From: an uncultured Myxococcales bacterium | GTDB lineage: Bacteria > Myxococcota_A > UBA9042 > UBA3505 | Reading direction: 5' to 3' | NCBI GenBank assembly: GCA_964594295.1 | Contig: CAZQPP010000001.1 | Span: 5,039 to 69,038 of the forward strand | DNA length: 64,000 nucleotides | In this document: positions 26,806 through 36,146 of the stretch, piece by piece | How positions within the stretch are numbered: position 1 is the first letter of the stretch | Layout: the number at the start of each line of letters is the position of its first letter | Program-made: the position numbers and the translations under genes | Notes under the pieces: model-generated | Databases searched by the model: none | What the model saw: the letters and a program-made list of their open reading frames with translations, nothing else | Told to the model about the DNA's origin: nothing

Positions 26806-29800
26806 CTAGATCTGCTCCGGGGCCTGCTCGTCGAGGGGCGCCGCGACCGACTGAAGCTCGCGTGCCAGATCTGCGGCCGACGCGAAGCGCTGCTCGGGCT
26901 CCTTGGCAAGGCACTTGCGGATCAGCTTGTCGAGCTCCGCGGGCACCTCCGCCCGCTCGCGGCGCGGGCTCGGGACTGGATCCCTGGCGTGCGCCATCCC
27001 GGAGGCGAGCGCCGTCTCCTTGCGGAAGGGAGCGCTCCCCGTCAGGAGCTCGAAGAGCACGACGCCGAGGGAGTAGATGTCCGAGCGCGCTGTGGGCTCC
27101 TTCCCTTCGAACTGCTCGGGGCTCATGTACTCCGGAGTGCCGACTGCCATGCCGGTCATGGTCAGGGTGATGCTCTCCCTCGATCGGGCTATGCCGAAGT
27201 CGGTCAGCTTGACCCGGCCGCCTTCGAAGAGGAGGAGGTTCGCCGGCTTGATGTCGCGGTGGAGGATCTCCGCCGCGTGGACCGCCGACAGGGCGTCGCA
27301 GACCTGGCCCCCGATGTCGAGCACCTGCTCTACGTCAAGGGGCAGGGGAAGCTCGCTGGCGTCGAGGGCGACCCGATCGCCGCCGGCGGGCCAGCCGGTG
27401 GCCCGCTCCATGACGATGTAGAGGTCGACCAGGGTGTCTCCCGAGCCGAGCACGCGGGTGATGCTCGGGTGATCGAGGTCCCTGGCGTTGCTCGTTTCGA
27501 GGAGGAAGCGCTCGACCATCGAGTGGTCACCGAGGTAGCGGTAGGGCAGGAGCTTGAGGGCCAGCGCCGCCGCGTCCCCACCTGCCTCCTCGTCCTTCAC
27601 CTCGTAGATGTCGGCCATGCCGCCGCTGCGGAGGTGAGCCAGCACGCGGTAGCGCTTGTCGATCAGGACTCCCGGCTCGAGGCGCTCTCGTGCAGAGGCG
27701 CCGTCGACACGCAGCAGCCTGGCCTTGCGGCGGCGCAGCTCGGGACGGCGAAGCTCCGTCGCGAGCTCGGCGCGCCCTTCCTCGAGCTTGAAGCTGTGGG
27801 ACACGGGCTTGTCGTCGTCATCATCGATGACCGGCGATCCCGCGATCCCGCGGTACTCCATGCGGCGGGAGCTCACCTTCCGAAGCACGAAGAGGTGTGC
27901 CTTGTGACAGTCCGGGCAGTCGCGGTGCACGTAGAAGGGGTGGAGGTCCAAGACCTCCCCCTTTGCCGGGCTGACGCAGTAGACGTGCTGCGCGCTCAGC
28001 TCGAGGTCCGACTGGACCACGGAGTGCTCGGCGGTGCCGTGGAAGCCCATGAGGAGCCGGCAGCTGTGTTTCCGCAGCCCGTGCTCAGCGCTGGCGTGGT
28101 CCACCGCGACGAGGGGGTAGTCCTTGAGGAAGGCGACGCTCTGCAGGAGGCGCAGGACCGCGGTCTTGAAGTCCTTCAGCTCGGCTGGGGTTGGCGGTGT
28201 GCCTTCGCGACGTTTCAGCAGGTCGTTTCGCTGCTCGACCAGGGCGTCGATTGACTTCAAGAGGTGTCGTGATCTCTCGCCGTACAGCTCGGAGAGGAAG
28301 GCCTCCCCGTGACCGGCCGTGGTCTTGAGGGCGTCGCGCAGCAGCCCCGTCCAGTCGCCCAGGCTCGGTGGTTTCTTGAGTCGCTCCAGGAGTGGGCCTG
28401 CCGTGGCGGAGGAGACGGCGATGGCATCGCTGAAGGCCAGCACGGCCAGGTGCCGCACCGTGCAGCTCAGCAGGTCCGCGAGCTGGCTCAAGCGAGCGCC
28501 GCTCCGAGCCCCTTCGCGAAGGCCGTAGCACGCCCGGGCGACGGGGTGCGGGAAGCGGTGCTCTACGGCGTTGAGCAGCAGGGCCGAGGGGATCTCGGCG
28601 CTGGAAGGAGGCGACGCGGCGGCTGGTGCCGGAGTCGCCGCGGTCGTCGCCGGCATCATGCGCTTCATGAGTTCGGCCGTCGCCGGGGCCGAGGTCACCG
28701 AGAAGATCACGACGAGCGAGGCGTCTCGCCGCGCCGCGATCTCCATGACCGCGTCGAACATCACCCCGGCCGCCTCGCGGGGGTGGATTCCGCCGGCTCG
28801 GGCCGCGAGCAGCGGCAGCGCCACGCTGGTCCAGCCGCGCTCCGTCGCTTCCTCGAGGCATCGCCGCACGACCTCGCGGAGGATCTCGGTGTCGGGCGGC
28901 CTGCCGGTGAGATCGTCGATCACCCCGGCGTGGATGACGTGCCGGGCCGGTAAGCGCCCTGCCGCGGTTACGCTGACGCCGCCGTGCTCCAGCGGACCGC
29001 TACACGAGGCCTCCCGGTCGATCTCCGCGCCACCGCGGCGCTGGATGGCGCCGTGTACGCTGCGGGACGGGGCCTCGCGGACCCGAAGGCTGCGGCTGCG
29101 GGAGACCGCGATCGCGTCGACGGACAGGGAGCAGATGTCCGCGGTGGTGAGCTTGACGAGGCACTCCCCGAGGGCGACCTCGGCGTCGGACTCGATGTCT
29201 CGCGGGTCGGGGCGTGGTGGGCCGTCGTGAGCGCCGGGAGGTGCGGCCTCCGCAGACGAGGGCGCCTGTTCACGCTCCCAGCGCTCTCGGGCTTCCGGCC
29301 CGATTTCCGGCAGCCCCGGTCCGGGAGCGCCGAAGACGCCCTTGGGCTCCCAGCGGTGGTCGATGTGGAGAGGGTGGATCGCGTGTCCGGCCTGGGCCTG
29401 CTCGATCTGGCGCCGGTAGTCTGCCGCCATCGGACCGACGACCTCCCGGAATGCCCATGCAGTCAGGCAGGCGCGGTTCTGGATGAAGGTGAGGCGGTCC
29501 TCGAAGGGCCAGCCGAAGACGACGTCAAAGCCGGCGCGTTGCGCGTCGGCCAGGGTCTCCAAGCTCTCGACCGGCACGGTGGGAACCGCCAGGAGACGGA
29601 GATCGATCGAGCCACCCTCGCTCGCGACCGTGCTTCGGCCCAGGTCGGCAAGAGGCTCGGATAGGTCGATGGCGCGTTGCACACTCTTGCCCAGTGGCTC
29701 TTTGGAGCTGCCTGCGTCGGGAGATCCGAAGGTCCCCGCGATGCCGATCTTGGGTTCCTTGGCGATTGCTTCGAGTGGGTCCAGCGACAGGATGCGTTGG

Positions 29801-31824
29801 TCGATCGCGGGAGAAGCCCTTGCAACGAGCCAGTCCAGGACCGGGTTCAGATCATGTGGATGAATAGGACGCTTTCCGTCGACGGTGAGCTCGGGACGCC
29901 AAAGCAGATCCTTCAGCGGCGACTCCGTTACAGCCCCGTGGGCCAGCTCCTCGAGAGAGCAGGAGCCTTCGTCTGTCACTGGCTCTATGAACACGTCTCG
30001 AGCACGTCGCCAATCGCGTTGGATTGAGGTCGCCTCCTTGCATGAGCGCAAGAGCGTATCTGCGGCAATCACGGTGGCCTTTCCGGTGGTCCGCAGCTTC
30101 GCCAGACACCCCCTGCACTCCTCTGTCAGGGCGCTGAGCACCTGTGGTTTGGCGGAAGCGATCAGCACAGGAACAGCCTCTTCAGCGAGCTGCACGAGGC
30201 GCTCCATAGCAGTGGCCTTGGCAGCTTCAAGACCCAGCGTGCGAAAGAAGAAGAGGCCGCCGGCGGAGGATGCCAGCTTCTCTTCGAGGTCTGTTGTCAG
30301 CTTCCATGGCTCGTTCATGAGGGTGGGCCGAGCCATGACGACAGAGGCCTCGTCCGCCCAGGATGACATGCGTGTCAAGAGAGCAAGAATCGACTCACGC
30401 CAGTCGAGAGGGTGAAGCTCACAGTCGCGCCAGAGCCGCTCGAAGAAATCGTCCCGGCGGATCTCGTCCACAAATGCGGACGTCGACCTTGCGATAGGCC
30501 GCTGTGTTGCAACGAGCCGGTCCCTGACTGTGGCCACGATTGGCCGTAGCTCGGGAGCGCGATGCGACAGGGCGGACACGCTGGCTCGAATAGCGTCGCG
30601 GTCAACCGCCGCCAGAGCTACCCGCTCCAATTCTCCTTCATGGTCCCGCAACATGCTCAGAATTCGCTCTGCGAGCCTCCCCGAGCTGCCGCGGGGCGCC
30701 ACTTCCGCACCTGTCCACGCACTGCCGAGCATCTCGAGTGTGCGCGCGGCGACCTCGTCCGCGCAAAGGCTCACAAAACGCTCTCGTTGCCGCACCCGTA
30801 TTGCCGAGACCCCCGCCGTCTCGTATCGCCTGGGTGACAGACCTGGGGCTGGCACTGCGATGTGGGGCAACTGGTTTGACTTCCAAGCGGCAAACCTCCC
30901 GGCGAGGGGGTCGATGCTGGATGCCAGGGCGATCTCCGCCGCTGCCCGGAGGTTTTGCGTGGTCGTTGCAGCGTGACCTCCGAGCAGGCAAACGCTCTCG
31001 AATGGGGCGTTGCTTGCCTTGTCTTCCCCGGGCCTCCCGTGGGGATCGAAAACGAGCGGCATCGACGGCCGGCCGCCGGCGCCCGCGGTGTGCGGGATGG
31101 CCATGAAGGCGTCGATCTCCTTCAAGGCGGCGTAGGCGTTCGAGTTGAGGTGGCCGTGGTCGGAGATCTCCCTGAACGCCGAGGGCAGGAGGAGAAGGGC
31201 CTCGAGCCGGGGGGGCTTTCCGGAGAGTCGCTGCCACAGCGACCGGACCAGGTATGCCGCCGGCAGCAGGATGGCGCCACCCGTCTCGCCGCACAAGGAG
31301 GCAGCGAAGAGCAAGCGATACGGCGCCGTCGAGTCACGTGAAGCCGCCGCAGTTGAGAGGCGGTCGTACTCGGCGCGCAGTACCTCGCGGAAGCCGCTGT
31401 TTTCGGCAAGATGACAGTAGAAGCGCAGGCGGCTCAGGAGTCGCGAGCCGCCTGCGCCCTTTTGTAGCTGCCTCGAAGTGGACAACAACTCCGAGTAGGA
31501 GGGACCGAGCCAGGACCCCAACCGAGCGTCGTCGGCGCGACGCTCCAGCTTCTCGTAGTTGTCTGCCTGCCGGGCAAGGTCGCGCCCTGTCATCCCAACG
31601 GTCTGCACCGGCTCGGCCAGCGGCTCCGCGGGCTCCCAGAAGTCGGCGCACACGAACCCGACCCGAGCGCGGATGTCCTCCCAACGCGTTGACTCTTGGA
31701 GGCGGCGAGCGACCGTGTCGACGATCCGCGTCCCGGCCCCGCCGAGGCCGATGAAGATGGTCGGCCTCGCGGCCAATGCCGGCCCTAACCGGTGACCACG
31801 GCCCCGGAGGGCGTGGTCTCGCAA
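26806..31824 (-). CDS. Giant multidomain protein: N-terminal tubulin/FtsZ-like GTPase-like domain (tentative), macro (ADP-ribose-binding) domain, degenerate HEPN-like helical domain, and C-terminal active Ser/Thr protein kinase
   Basis: ORF-track 1672 aa. The N-terminus PTIFIGLGGAGTRIVD is GxGGxG T1-loop-like, and CGETGGA is T4-like. The macro segment reads VDAIAVSRS...SVHGAIQRRGG...AGRLPARHVIHAGV...SVALPLLAARAGGIHP. The segment LLKSIDALVEQRNDLLKRREG...FLKDYPLV is paralogous to the HEPN-like N-termini of the 10995 and 36147 proteins, but His is replaced by Lys. The kinase carries HRDIKPANLL, DFG and GTPEYMSPE. Confidence 0.8.
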   Translation of the reverse strand: MRDHALRGRGHRLGPALAARPTIFIGLGGAGTRIVDTVARRLQESTRWEDIRARVGFVCADFWEPAEPLAEPVQTVGMTGRDLARQADNYEKLERRADDARLGSWLGPSYSELLSTSRQLQKGAGGSRLLSRLRFYCHLAENSGFREVLRAEYDRLSTAAASRDSTAPYRLLFAASLCGETGGAILLPAAYLVRSLWQRLSGKPPRLEALLLLPSAFREISDHGHLNSNAYAALKEIDAFMAIPHTAGAGGRPSMPLVFDPHGRPGEDKASNAPFESVCLLGGHAATTTQNLRAAAEIALASSIDPLAGRFAAWKSNQLPHIAVPAPGLSPRRYETAGVSAIRVRQRERFVSLCADEVAARTLEMLGSAWTGAEVAPRGSSGRLAERILSMLRDHEGELERVALAAVDRDAIRASVSALSHRAPELRPIVATVRDRLVATQRPIARSTSAFVDEIRRDDFFERLWRDCELHPLDWRESILALLTRMSSWADEASVVMARPTLMNEPWKLTTDLEEKLASSAGGLFFFRTLGLEAAKATAMERLVQLAEEAVPVLIASAKPQVLSALTEECRGCLAKLRTTGKATVIAADTLLRSCKEATSIQRDWRRARDVFIEPVTDEGSCSLEELAHGAVTESPLKDLLWRPELTVDGKRPIHPHDLNPVLDWLVARASPAIDQRILSLDPLEAIAKEPKIGIAGTFGSPDAGSSKEPLGKSVQRAIDLSEPLADLGRSTVASEGGSIDLRLLAVPTVPVESLETLADAQRAGFDVVFGWPFEDRLTFIQNRACLTAWAFREVVGPMAADYRRQIEQAQAGHAIHPLHIDHRWEPKGVFGAPGPGLPEIGPEARERWEREQAPSSAEAAPPGAHDGPPRPDPRDIESDAEVALGECLVKLTTADICSLSVDAIAVSRSRSLRVREAPSRSVHGAIQRRGGAEIDREASCSGPLEHGGVSVTAAGRLPARHVIHAGVIDDLTGRPPDTEILREVVRRCLEEATERGWTSVALPLLAARAGGIHPREAAGVMFDAVMEIAARRDASLVVIFSVTSAPATAELMKRMMPATTAATPAPAAASPPSSAEIPSALLLNAVEHRFPHPVARACYGLREGARSGARLSQLADLLSCTVRHLAVLAFSDAIAVSSATAGPLLERLKKPPSLGDWTGLLRDALKTTAGHGEAFLSELYGERSRHLLKSIDALVEQRNDLLKRREGTPPTPAELKDFKTAVLRLLQSVAFLKDYPLVAVDHASAEHGLRKHSCRLLMGFHGTAEHSVVQSDLELSAQHVYCVSPAKGEVLDLHPFYVHRDCPDCHKAHLFVLRKVSSRRMEYRGIAGSPVIDDDDDKPVSHSFKLEEGRAELATELRRPELRRRKARLLRVDGASARERLEPGVLIDKRYRVLAHLRSGGMADIYEVKDEEAGGDAAALALKLLPYRYLGDHSMVERFLLETSNARDLDHPSITRVLGSGDTLVDLYIVMERATGWPAGGDRVALDASELPLPLDVEQVLDIGGQVCDALSAVHAAEILHRDIKPANLLLFEGGRVKLTDFGIARSRESITLTMTGMAVGTPEYMSPEQFEGKEPTARSDIYSLGVVLFELLTGSAPFRKETALASGMAHARDPVPSPRRERAEVPAELDKLIRKCLAKEPEQRFASAADLARELQSVAAPLDEQAPEQI

Positions 31825-31898
31825 GACGTTCCAGAGCTCATCAGGGGAGCGAGCCTACCAGCGGCTCCAAGAGCGCGACAAGCTACCGTGCGCGGCGT

Positions 31899-31926
31899 GG
31901 GCTCCCGAGCCCGGGGGCTCGAGCCC
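31899..31926. promoter_or_regulatory. Composite GC-rich palindromic element GGGCTCCCGAGCCCGGGGGCTCGAGCCC in the divergent intergenic region, candidate operator
   Basis: Read directly: GAGCCC-gg-GGGCTC (31907-31920) overlapping the perfect 12-bp palindrome GGGCTCGAGCCC (31915-31926). It lies between the divergent starts of the giant VMAP-like gene (31824) and the TIR-NACHT gene (32043). Confidence 0.3.
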
Positions 31927-31942
31927 GATGGCGGGTGTGCGC

Positions 31943-31971
31943 TTGACGCCTCCACGCCGCAACGCTCAGAT
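31943..31971 (+). promoter_or_regulatory. Weak sigma70-like promoter candidate for the TIR-NACHT-WD40 gene: TTGACG, 17 nt, TCAGAT
   Basis: -35 TTGACG at 31943-31948. 17-nt spacer. -10 TCAGAT at 31966-31971, a 3/6 match. ~70 nt upstream of ATG 32043. Confidence 0.2.
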
Positions 31972-32042
31972 GGACCCACCGGCACCTCCCGTGCCGGTTC
32001 GCCGGACCACGCGGAGCCGATGGACGGGTCACAAGGAGGGAC

Positions 32043-35000
32043 ATGAGCGAGCTGGCCGAGCGGTCGCTGTCGATCTTCTTGAGCTACGGGCACGACGAGA
32101 GAGCCGCCGACGCGCTGGAGATCAAGGCCGACCTCGAGGCTCGCGGGCACACGGTGTGGTTCGACCTCGAGAGGCTTCGGGCCGGCCGTGACTGGGCGGG
32201 GTACATCGAGGAGGGGCTCGACGCCTGCGACCTCGTGGTGCTGCTGATGACGCCGCACTCCGTCAGGCGGCGCGAGCGCTCGGAGCCCCACTCCACGGAC
32301 GGCTTCTGCCTGAACGAGCTCGCCAGGGCCCTCGAGCGAAACAAGACGGTCATCCCGGTGATGCTGGCCTGGGTCGACCGGGGGCCGCCGCTCGCCATCA
32401 GCCGCGTCCAGTACCTCGACCTCACCGACTGCGTGCCCATCGACCGGGAAGACGAGCGTTATCGTCGCCGCTTCGCCCGCCTCGTCGACGCCGTCGAGCA
32501 CGGCAACCTCGACATGGGAGGGGCGCAGGCCCGCCTGCAGCGCTACCTGCGGCCGCTGGACTTCAGCCAGGACATGGCCCCGCACATCGCCGGCTTCCGC
32601 GGCCGCAGGTGGGTAGATGCCCTCGTCGACGAGTGGCTCGACGAGCGCCCGGACTCCCAGCTCCTCTGGATCGCGGGTGGGCCGGGCCTCGGCAAGACGG
32701 CCCTGGCCACGCACCTCCAGCGCCGCCACGACGCCGCGGCCTGCCACTTCTGTGTCTTCGGCCACGAGGACAAGGCGAACGCGCGCCGAGCGGTGCTCTC
32801 CATCGCCTACCAGCTCGCGGCAGCCTTCCCGGAGTACTTCGAGAGCCTGAAGGCGGTCCCTCTCGAGGAGGAGCACCTCAAGAACGCGCACACGCTCTTC
32901 GACAACCTGCTGGTGACGCCGCTGCGCCGGATCGAGGCGCCCGATGGGGGGGGGCTGGTGATCCTCGACGCCCTCGACGAGGCCGCATCGGGGGCCCGCA
33001 ACGAGCTTGCAGAGCTCGTGGCATCCGGGTGGCGCCGCCTGCCGTCCTGGCTTCGCCTCATCGTGACGAGCAGGCCCGAGCCGGAGCTGCTGCGGCGCAT
33101 GGGAGGCCTCCGGCGGCCGGTGGAGCTCGTCGGGGAGGATCCGCGCAACCTCGAGGACCTGCGCGAGCTTGTCGTGGCGAACCTTGAGGAGTCGGGCTTG
33201 GACGCGCCTCCCGAGACGGTGGCCCGCATCGTCGAGCACAGCGGCGGCATGTTCCTCTACGCGGTGCAGGTCTTGGAGGAGATCCGCGATGGCGAGATCT
33301 CCGTGCACGAGCCGGAGTCCTTTCCCCGTGGGCTCGAAGGGTACTACGGGCGCTTCTTCGAGCGCCGATTCGCGGATGCGCGAGGATACGACGAGGAGAG
33401 CCGCCCGCTCCTCGAGGCGGTGGTCGCGAGGAGAGCGCCGCTTCCCCTCGGCCTGCTCGCCGAAACCCTCGATGTGCCGCTCTTCGAGCTGTCACGCAGG
33501 CTGCGACAATGCGGCTCGCTCTTCCCGCCGCGGCGGAGCGGTGAGGAGGAGCGGGACTGGACGGTGGAGCCCTTCCACAAGTCGGTTGTGGACTGGCTGA
33601 CCAGCAGCGACGAGCACGGCTACCACCGCGCCGGCGACTTCGCGGTCGACGTCGAGGCGGGCCGGCGTCGGCTCGCAGAGGCGTGCGAGGGGTGGGGGCG
33701 TTTGGAGGGTGCGGCGCGGTGCTACGCCCTGGCGCACGGTGTGCGGCACCAGCTCGAAGCAGGTCGTCTCGAGCAGGCCGCGGAGGCGCTTTGTGACTTC
33801 GGCTGTCACCACCACCGGGTCGAGGCCGGCGGAGCGGACGCGGTGACCGAGACCGTCGGCGACTTCATTCGCACAGAAGAGGCGGCGGCGAAGGCCCGTT
33901 GGGTTGGGCCCCACTGGGACTTGCTCCAAGAGTGGCAGGCCTTCTACAGGGAGCGCTCCCACAGGGCACGCCGGCACGAGAGGCCGGAGCTGGGACTGCT
34001 GCAGGCGGCCTACGCACACGCAGAGCGGAGCCACGTCAGCCGAAGCGCGGAGGGCTGGCTTGCGAAGTGGGGCCCGAGCGCCTCCTGGCTTCGCGCCGTT
34101 CGCAGGCCCCCCGAGGCGCGCGCCAGTGCCTGCCTGATGACGCTCCCGGTTGACGCCGCCTCCGTCGCGCTGGACTCGGCGGGCAAGCGGGCGCTCTCGG
34201 GGGGCTTCGACGGGGTCGTGAAGCTATGGGACCTGGAGACGGGCGCGTGCCTGCTCGCTCTCGAGGGACACACGGAACAGGTGATCGCCGTCGCCTTTCG
34301 GGGAGAGGGCGAAGTGGCGTTGTCGGTGAGCCTGGACGGCACTATCGGGCTCTGGAACCTCGCCTCGGGCACCTGCCTGCAAACCGTCGCCTGGGAGGCG
34401 CGCAGTGCGATCGCTGCCACGACCGACACGGAGGGCGGGCTGGTCTTCTCGGCACATCAGGAGCGGGACGAGCCCGGAAGCTGCGAGACGACCTTGAAGC
34501 TCTGGGAGCTGGAGACCGGCGCCTGCCTGCACACGATGGAGGGGCACGCGGATGCTGTGGATGCCCTCGCGGCGATCCCTCCGCGCGGCCGAGCCGTCTC
34601 GGGTGGCTGGGACGGGAAGCTCAAGCTCTGGGACCTTGAGAGCGGCAACTGCCTCCGCGTCTTGGAGAGCTATGCCCACATGGTGACGTCGGTCGCGGTC
34701 GATCCTTCGGGCCGGTGGGCCGTCTCCGGCAACGATTCCGGAGGATTGGAGCTCTGGGACCTGGAGACGGGAGCTTGTTCGGGCATCTTGGAGAAGCACG
34801 ACTTCTTCGTGGCTGCCGTCGCGTTCGCGCGCACCGGCCAGCGGGTGTTCTCGGTTGACTACCATGGGACGATCAAGGCGTGGGATCTCGAGACCGGCGA
34901 ATGCCTCCGCACCATCGACGGCGACGGGCAATGGTTCCACGGAGGCAGCGGTGTGCCCGTCGCCGCCCTGGACCCGGAAAACCGGCGGGCCGTTACGGGG

Positions 35001-36086
35001 ATCGGCGGAAGGACTCTGAAGGTCTGGGACCTCGAGACGGCCGCACACGCGCCGAGCAGAACGGAGCACGCGGAAGCGGTGTACGCACTTGCTGTCGACG
35101 CCGAGCGAGGGAGGGCTGTCAGCGGGAGCGCCGACCACTCGCTGAAGCTCTGGGATCTCGAGAGCGGTGACTGCTTGAGCACCCTTCGTGGCGTCTACGG
35201 AGCCGGGATCCTGCGGACGCCTTTGGCGTTCGACGCAGCGAGGGGGCGTGTTGTCACCGAGGACGGCCCTCTTGACGGTACGCTTGGGCTCTGGAGCACC
35301 CGGTCAGGCACGCTTCTGCGCACCCTTGAGGAGCACACGGGCCCTGCCAACGACATCGTCTTGCTCGACGAAGGCAAGCGGGCGCTCTCGGCGGGCGGCG
35401 AGACCCTGGAGGTCTGGGATCTTCGGAGCGGTGAGCGCCTGCGCACCCTCGTCGGGCACAGGGCCAGGGTCACCGTCGTCGAGCCGTGGAAGGAGGGCCG
35501 TCGAGCGATCTCGGGAAGCGAGGACGACTCGCTCCGGGTCTGGGACGTGGAGATCGGCGAGTGCCTGCGCACCCTCGAGGGGCACACCGCCTCGGTGACC
35601 GCCCTCGCGTTGTGCCGGCAGGACCGGTGCGCCCTCTCCGGGAGCAGCGACGGCACGCTCAGGCTGTGGGAGCTGGAGACGGGTGACTGCCTGCACGTCC
35701 TCGAAGGGCACACGAGCGGCGTGAACGCCCTGGCCGCCGACCCCACCGGCCGCGTCGCCCTCACGGCCCGCCGCCACGGGGCCATGAGGCAGTGGGACCA
35801 GCGCGCGGGCGCTTGCCTCCGCCTCCTCGAGGGGCACGAGGACTGGGTCAAAGCGGTCGCCCTGGCCCCGGGGGCAGGGCGCGCGGTCTCGGGGAGCACG
35901 GACAACACCTTGAAGGTCTGGGACCTTCACACGGGCGAGTGCCTCGCCACCTGGGTCGCAGAAGGTGCAGTGTTGTGCTGCGCGTGGCCTCCTGGCCGCA
36001 TCGTCGCCGGAACGGGCGCCGGCGAGGTCCTGATCCTCCGGCTCACCGATGCCGGCCCGTGGCGTCCGCGGCCACGAGGCGCGTGA
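32043..36086 (+). CDS. TIR-NACHT(STAND)-WD40 protein
   Basis: ORF-track 1347 aa. AGGAGG lies 3 nt before the ATG. TIR-like N-terminus (SIFLSYGHDE...VVLLMTPHS). NACHT Walker A LWIAGGPGLGKTAL and Walker B GGLVILDALDEA. At least 14 WD40 repeats (GH...WD motifs) follow to the C-terminus. Confidence 0.9.
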   Translation: MSELAERSLSIFLSYGHDERAADALEIKADLEARGHTVWFDLERLRAGRDWAGYIEEGLDACDLVVLLMTPHSVRRRERSEPHSTDGFCLNELARALERNKTVIPVMLAWVDRGPPLAISRVQYLDLTDCVPIDREDERYRRRFARLVDAVEHGNLDMGGAQARLQRYLRPLDFSQDMAPHIAGFRGRRWVDALVDEWLDERPDSQLLWIAGGPGLGKTALATHLQRRHDAAACHFCVFGHEDKANARRAVLSIAYQLAAAFPEYFESLKAVPLEEEHLKNAHTLFDNLLVTPLRRIEAPDGGGLVILDALDEAASGARNELAELVASGWRRLPSWLRLIVTSRPEPELLRRMGGLRRPVELVGEDPRNLEDLRELVVANLEESGLDAPPETVARIVEHSGGMFLYAVQVLEEIRDGEISVHEPESFPRGLEGYYGRFFERRFADARGYDEESRPLLEAVVARRAPLPLGLLAETLDVPLFELSRRLRQCGSLFPPRRSGEEERDWTVEPFHKSVVDWLTSSDEHGYHRAGDFAVDVEAGRRRLAEACEGWGRLEGAARCYALAHGVRHQLEAGRLEQAAEALCDFGCHHHRVEAGGADAVTETVGDFIRTEEAAAKARWVGPHWDLLQEWQAFYRERSHRARRHERPELGLLQAAYAHAERSHVSRSAEGWLAKWGPSASWLRAVRRPPEARASACLMTLPVDAASVALDSAGKRALSGGFDGVVKLWDLETGACLLALEGHTEQVIAVAFRGEGEVALSVSLDGTIGLWNLASGTCLQTVAWEARSAIAATTDTEGGLVFSAHQERDEPGSCETTLKLWELETGACLHTMEGHADAVDALAAIPPRGRAVSGGWDGKLKLWDLESGNCLRVLESYAHMVTSVAVDPSGRWAVSGNDSGGLELWDLETGACSGILEKHDFFVAAVAFARTGQRVFSVDYHGTIKAWDLETGECLRTIDGDGQWFHGGSGVPVAALDPENRRAVTGIGGRTLKVWDLETAAHAPSRTEHAEAVYALAVDAERGRAVSGSADHSLKLWDLESGDCLSTLRGVYGAGILRTPLAFDAARGRVVTEDGPLDGTLGLWSTRSGTLLRTLEEHTGPANDIVLLDEGKRALSAGGETLEVWDLRSGERLRTLVGHRARVTVVEPWKEGRRAISGSEDDSLRVWDVEIGECLRTLEGHTASVTALALCRQDRCALSGSSDGTLRLWELETGDCLHVLEGHTSGVNALAADPTGRVALTARRHGAMRQWDQRAGACLRLLEGHEDWVKAVALAPGAGRAVSGSTDNTLKVWDLHTGECLATWVAEGAVLCCAWPPGRIVAGTGAGEVLILRLTDAGPWRPRPRGA
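33900..36086 (+). repeat. Duplicated ~2-kb module (helical linker plus WD40 array), copy 1; paralogous to 38040-39911
   Basis: Protein segments WQAFYRERSHRARRHERPELGLLQAAYAHAERS...ACLMTL and ...ECLATWVAEGAVLCCAW...GEVLILRLT are mirrored in the second protein (WRSFFQVNAHKMRIHERPEIGLLQAAYAHAEQS...ACLMTL, ...ECLATWVAEHAVLCCAW...GEVLILELT). The nucleotide sequences are visibly similar, e.g. ctgctgcaggcggcctacgc. Confidence 0.6.
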
Positions 36087-36146
36087 GCGCCGGCGACTTC
36101 GGCTGCGCTCTCCCGCGGTAGTCCCCCTTCGAGGGCCTGTGCCATA

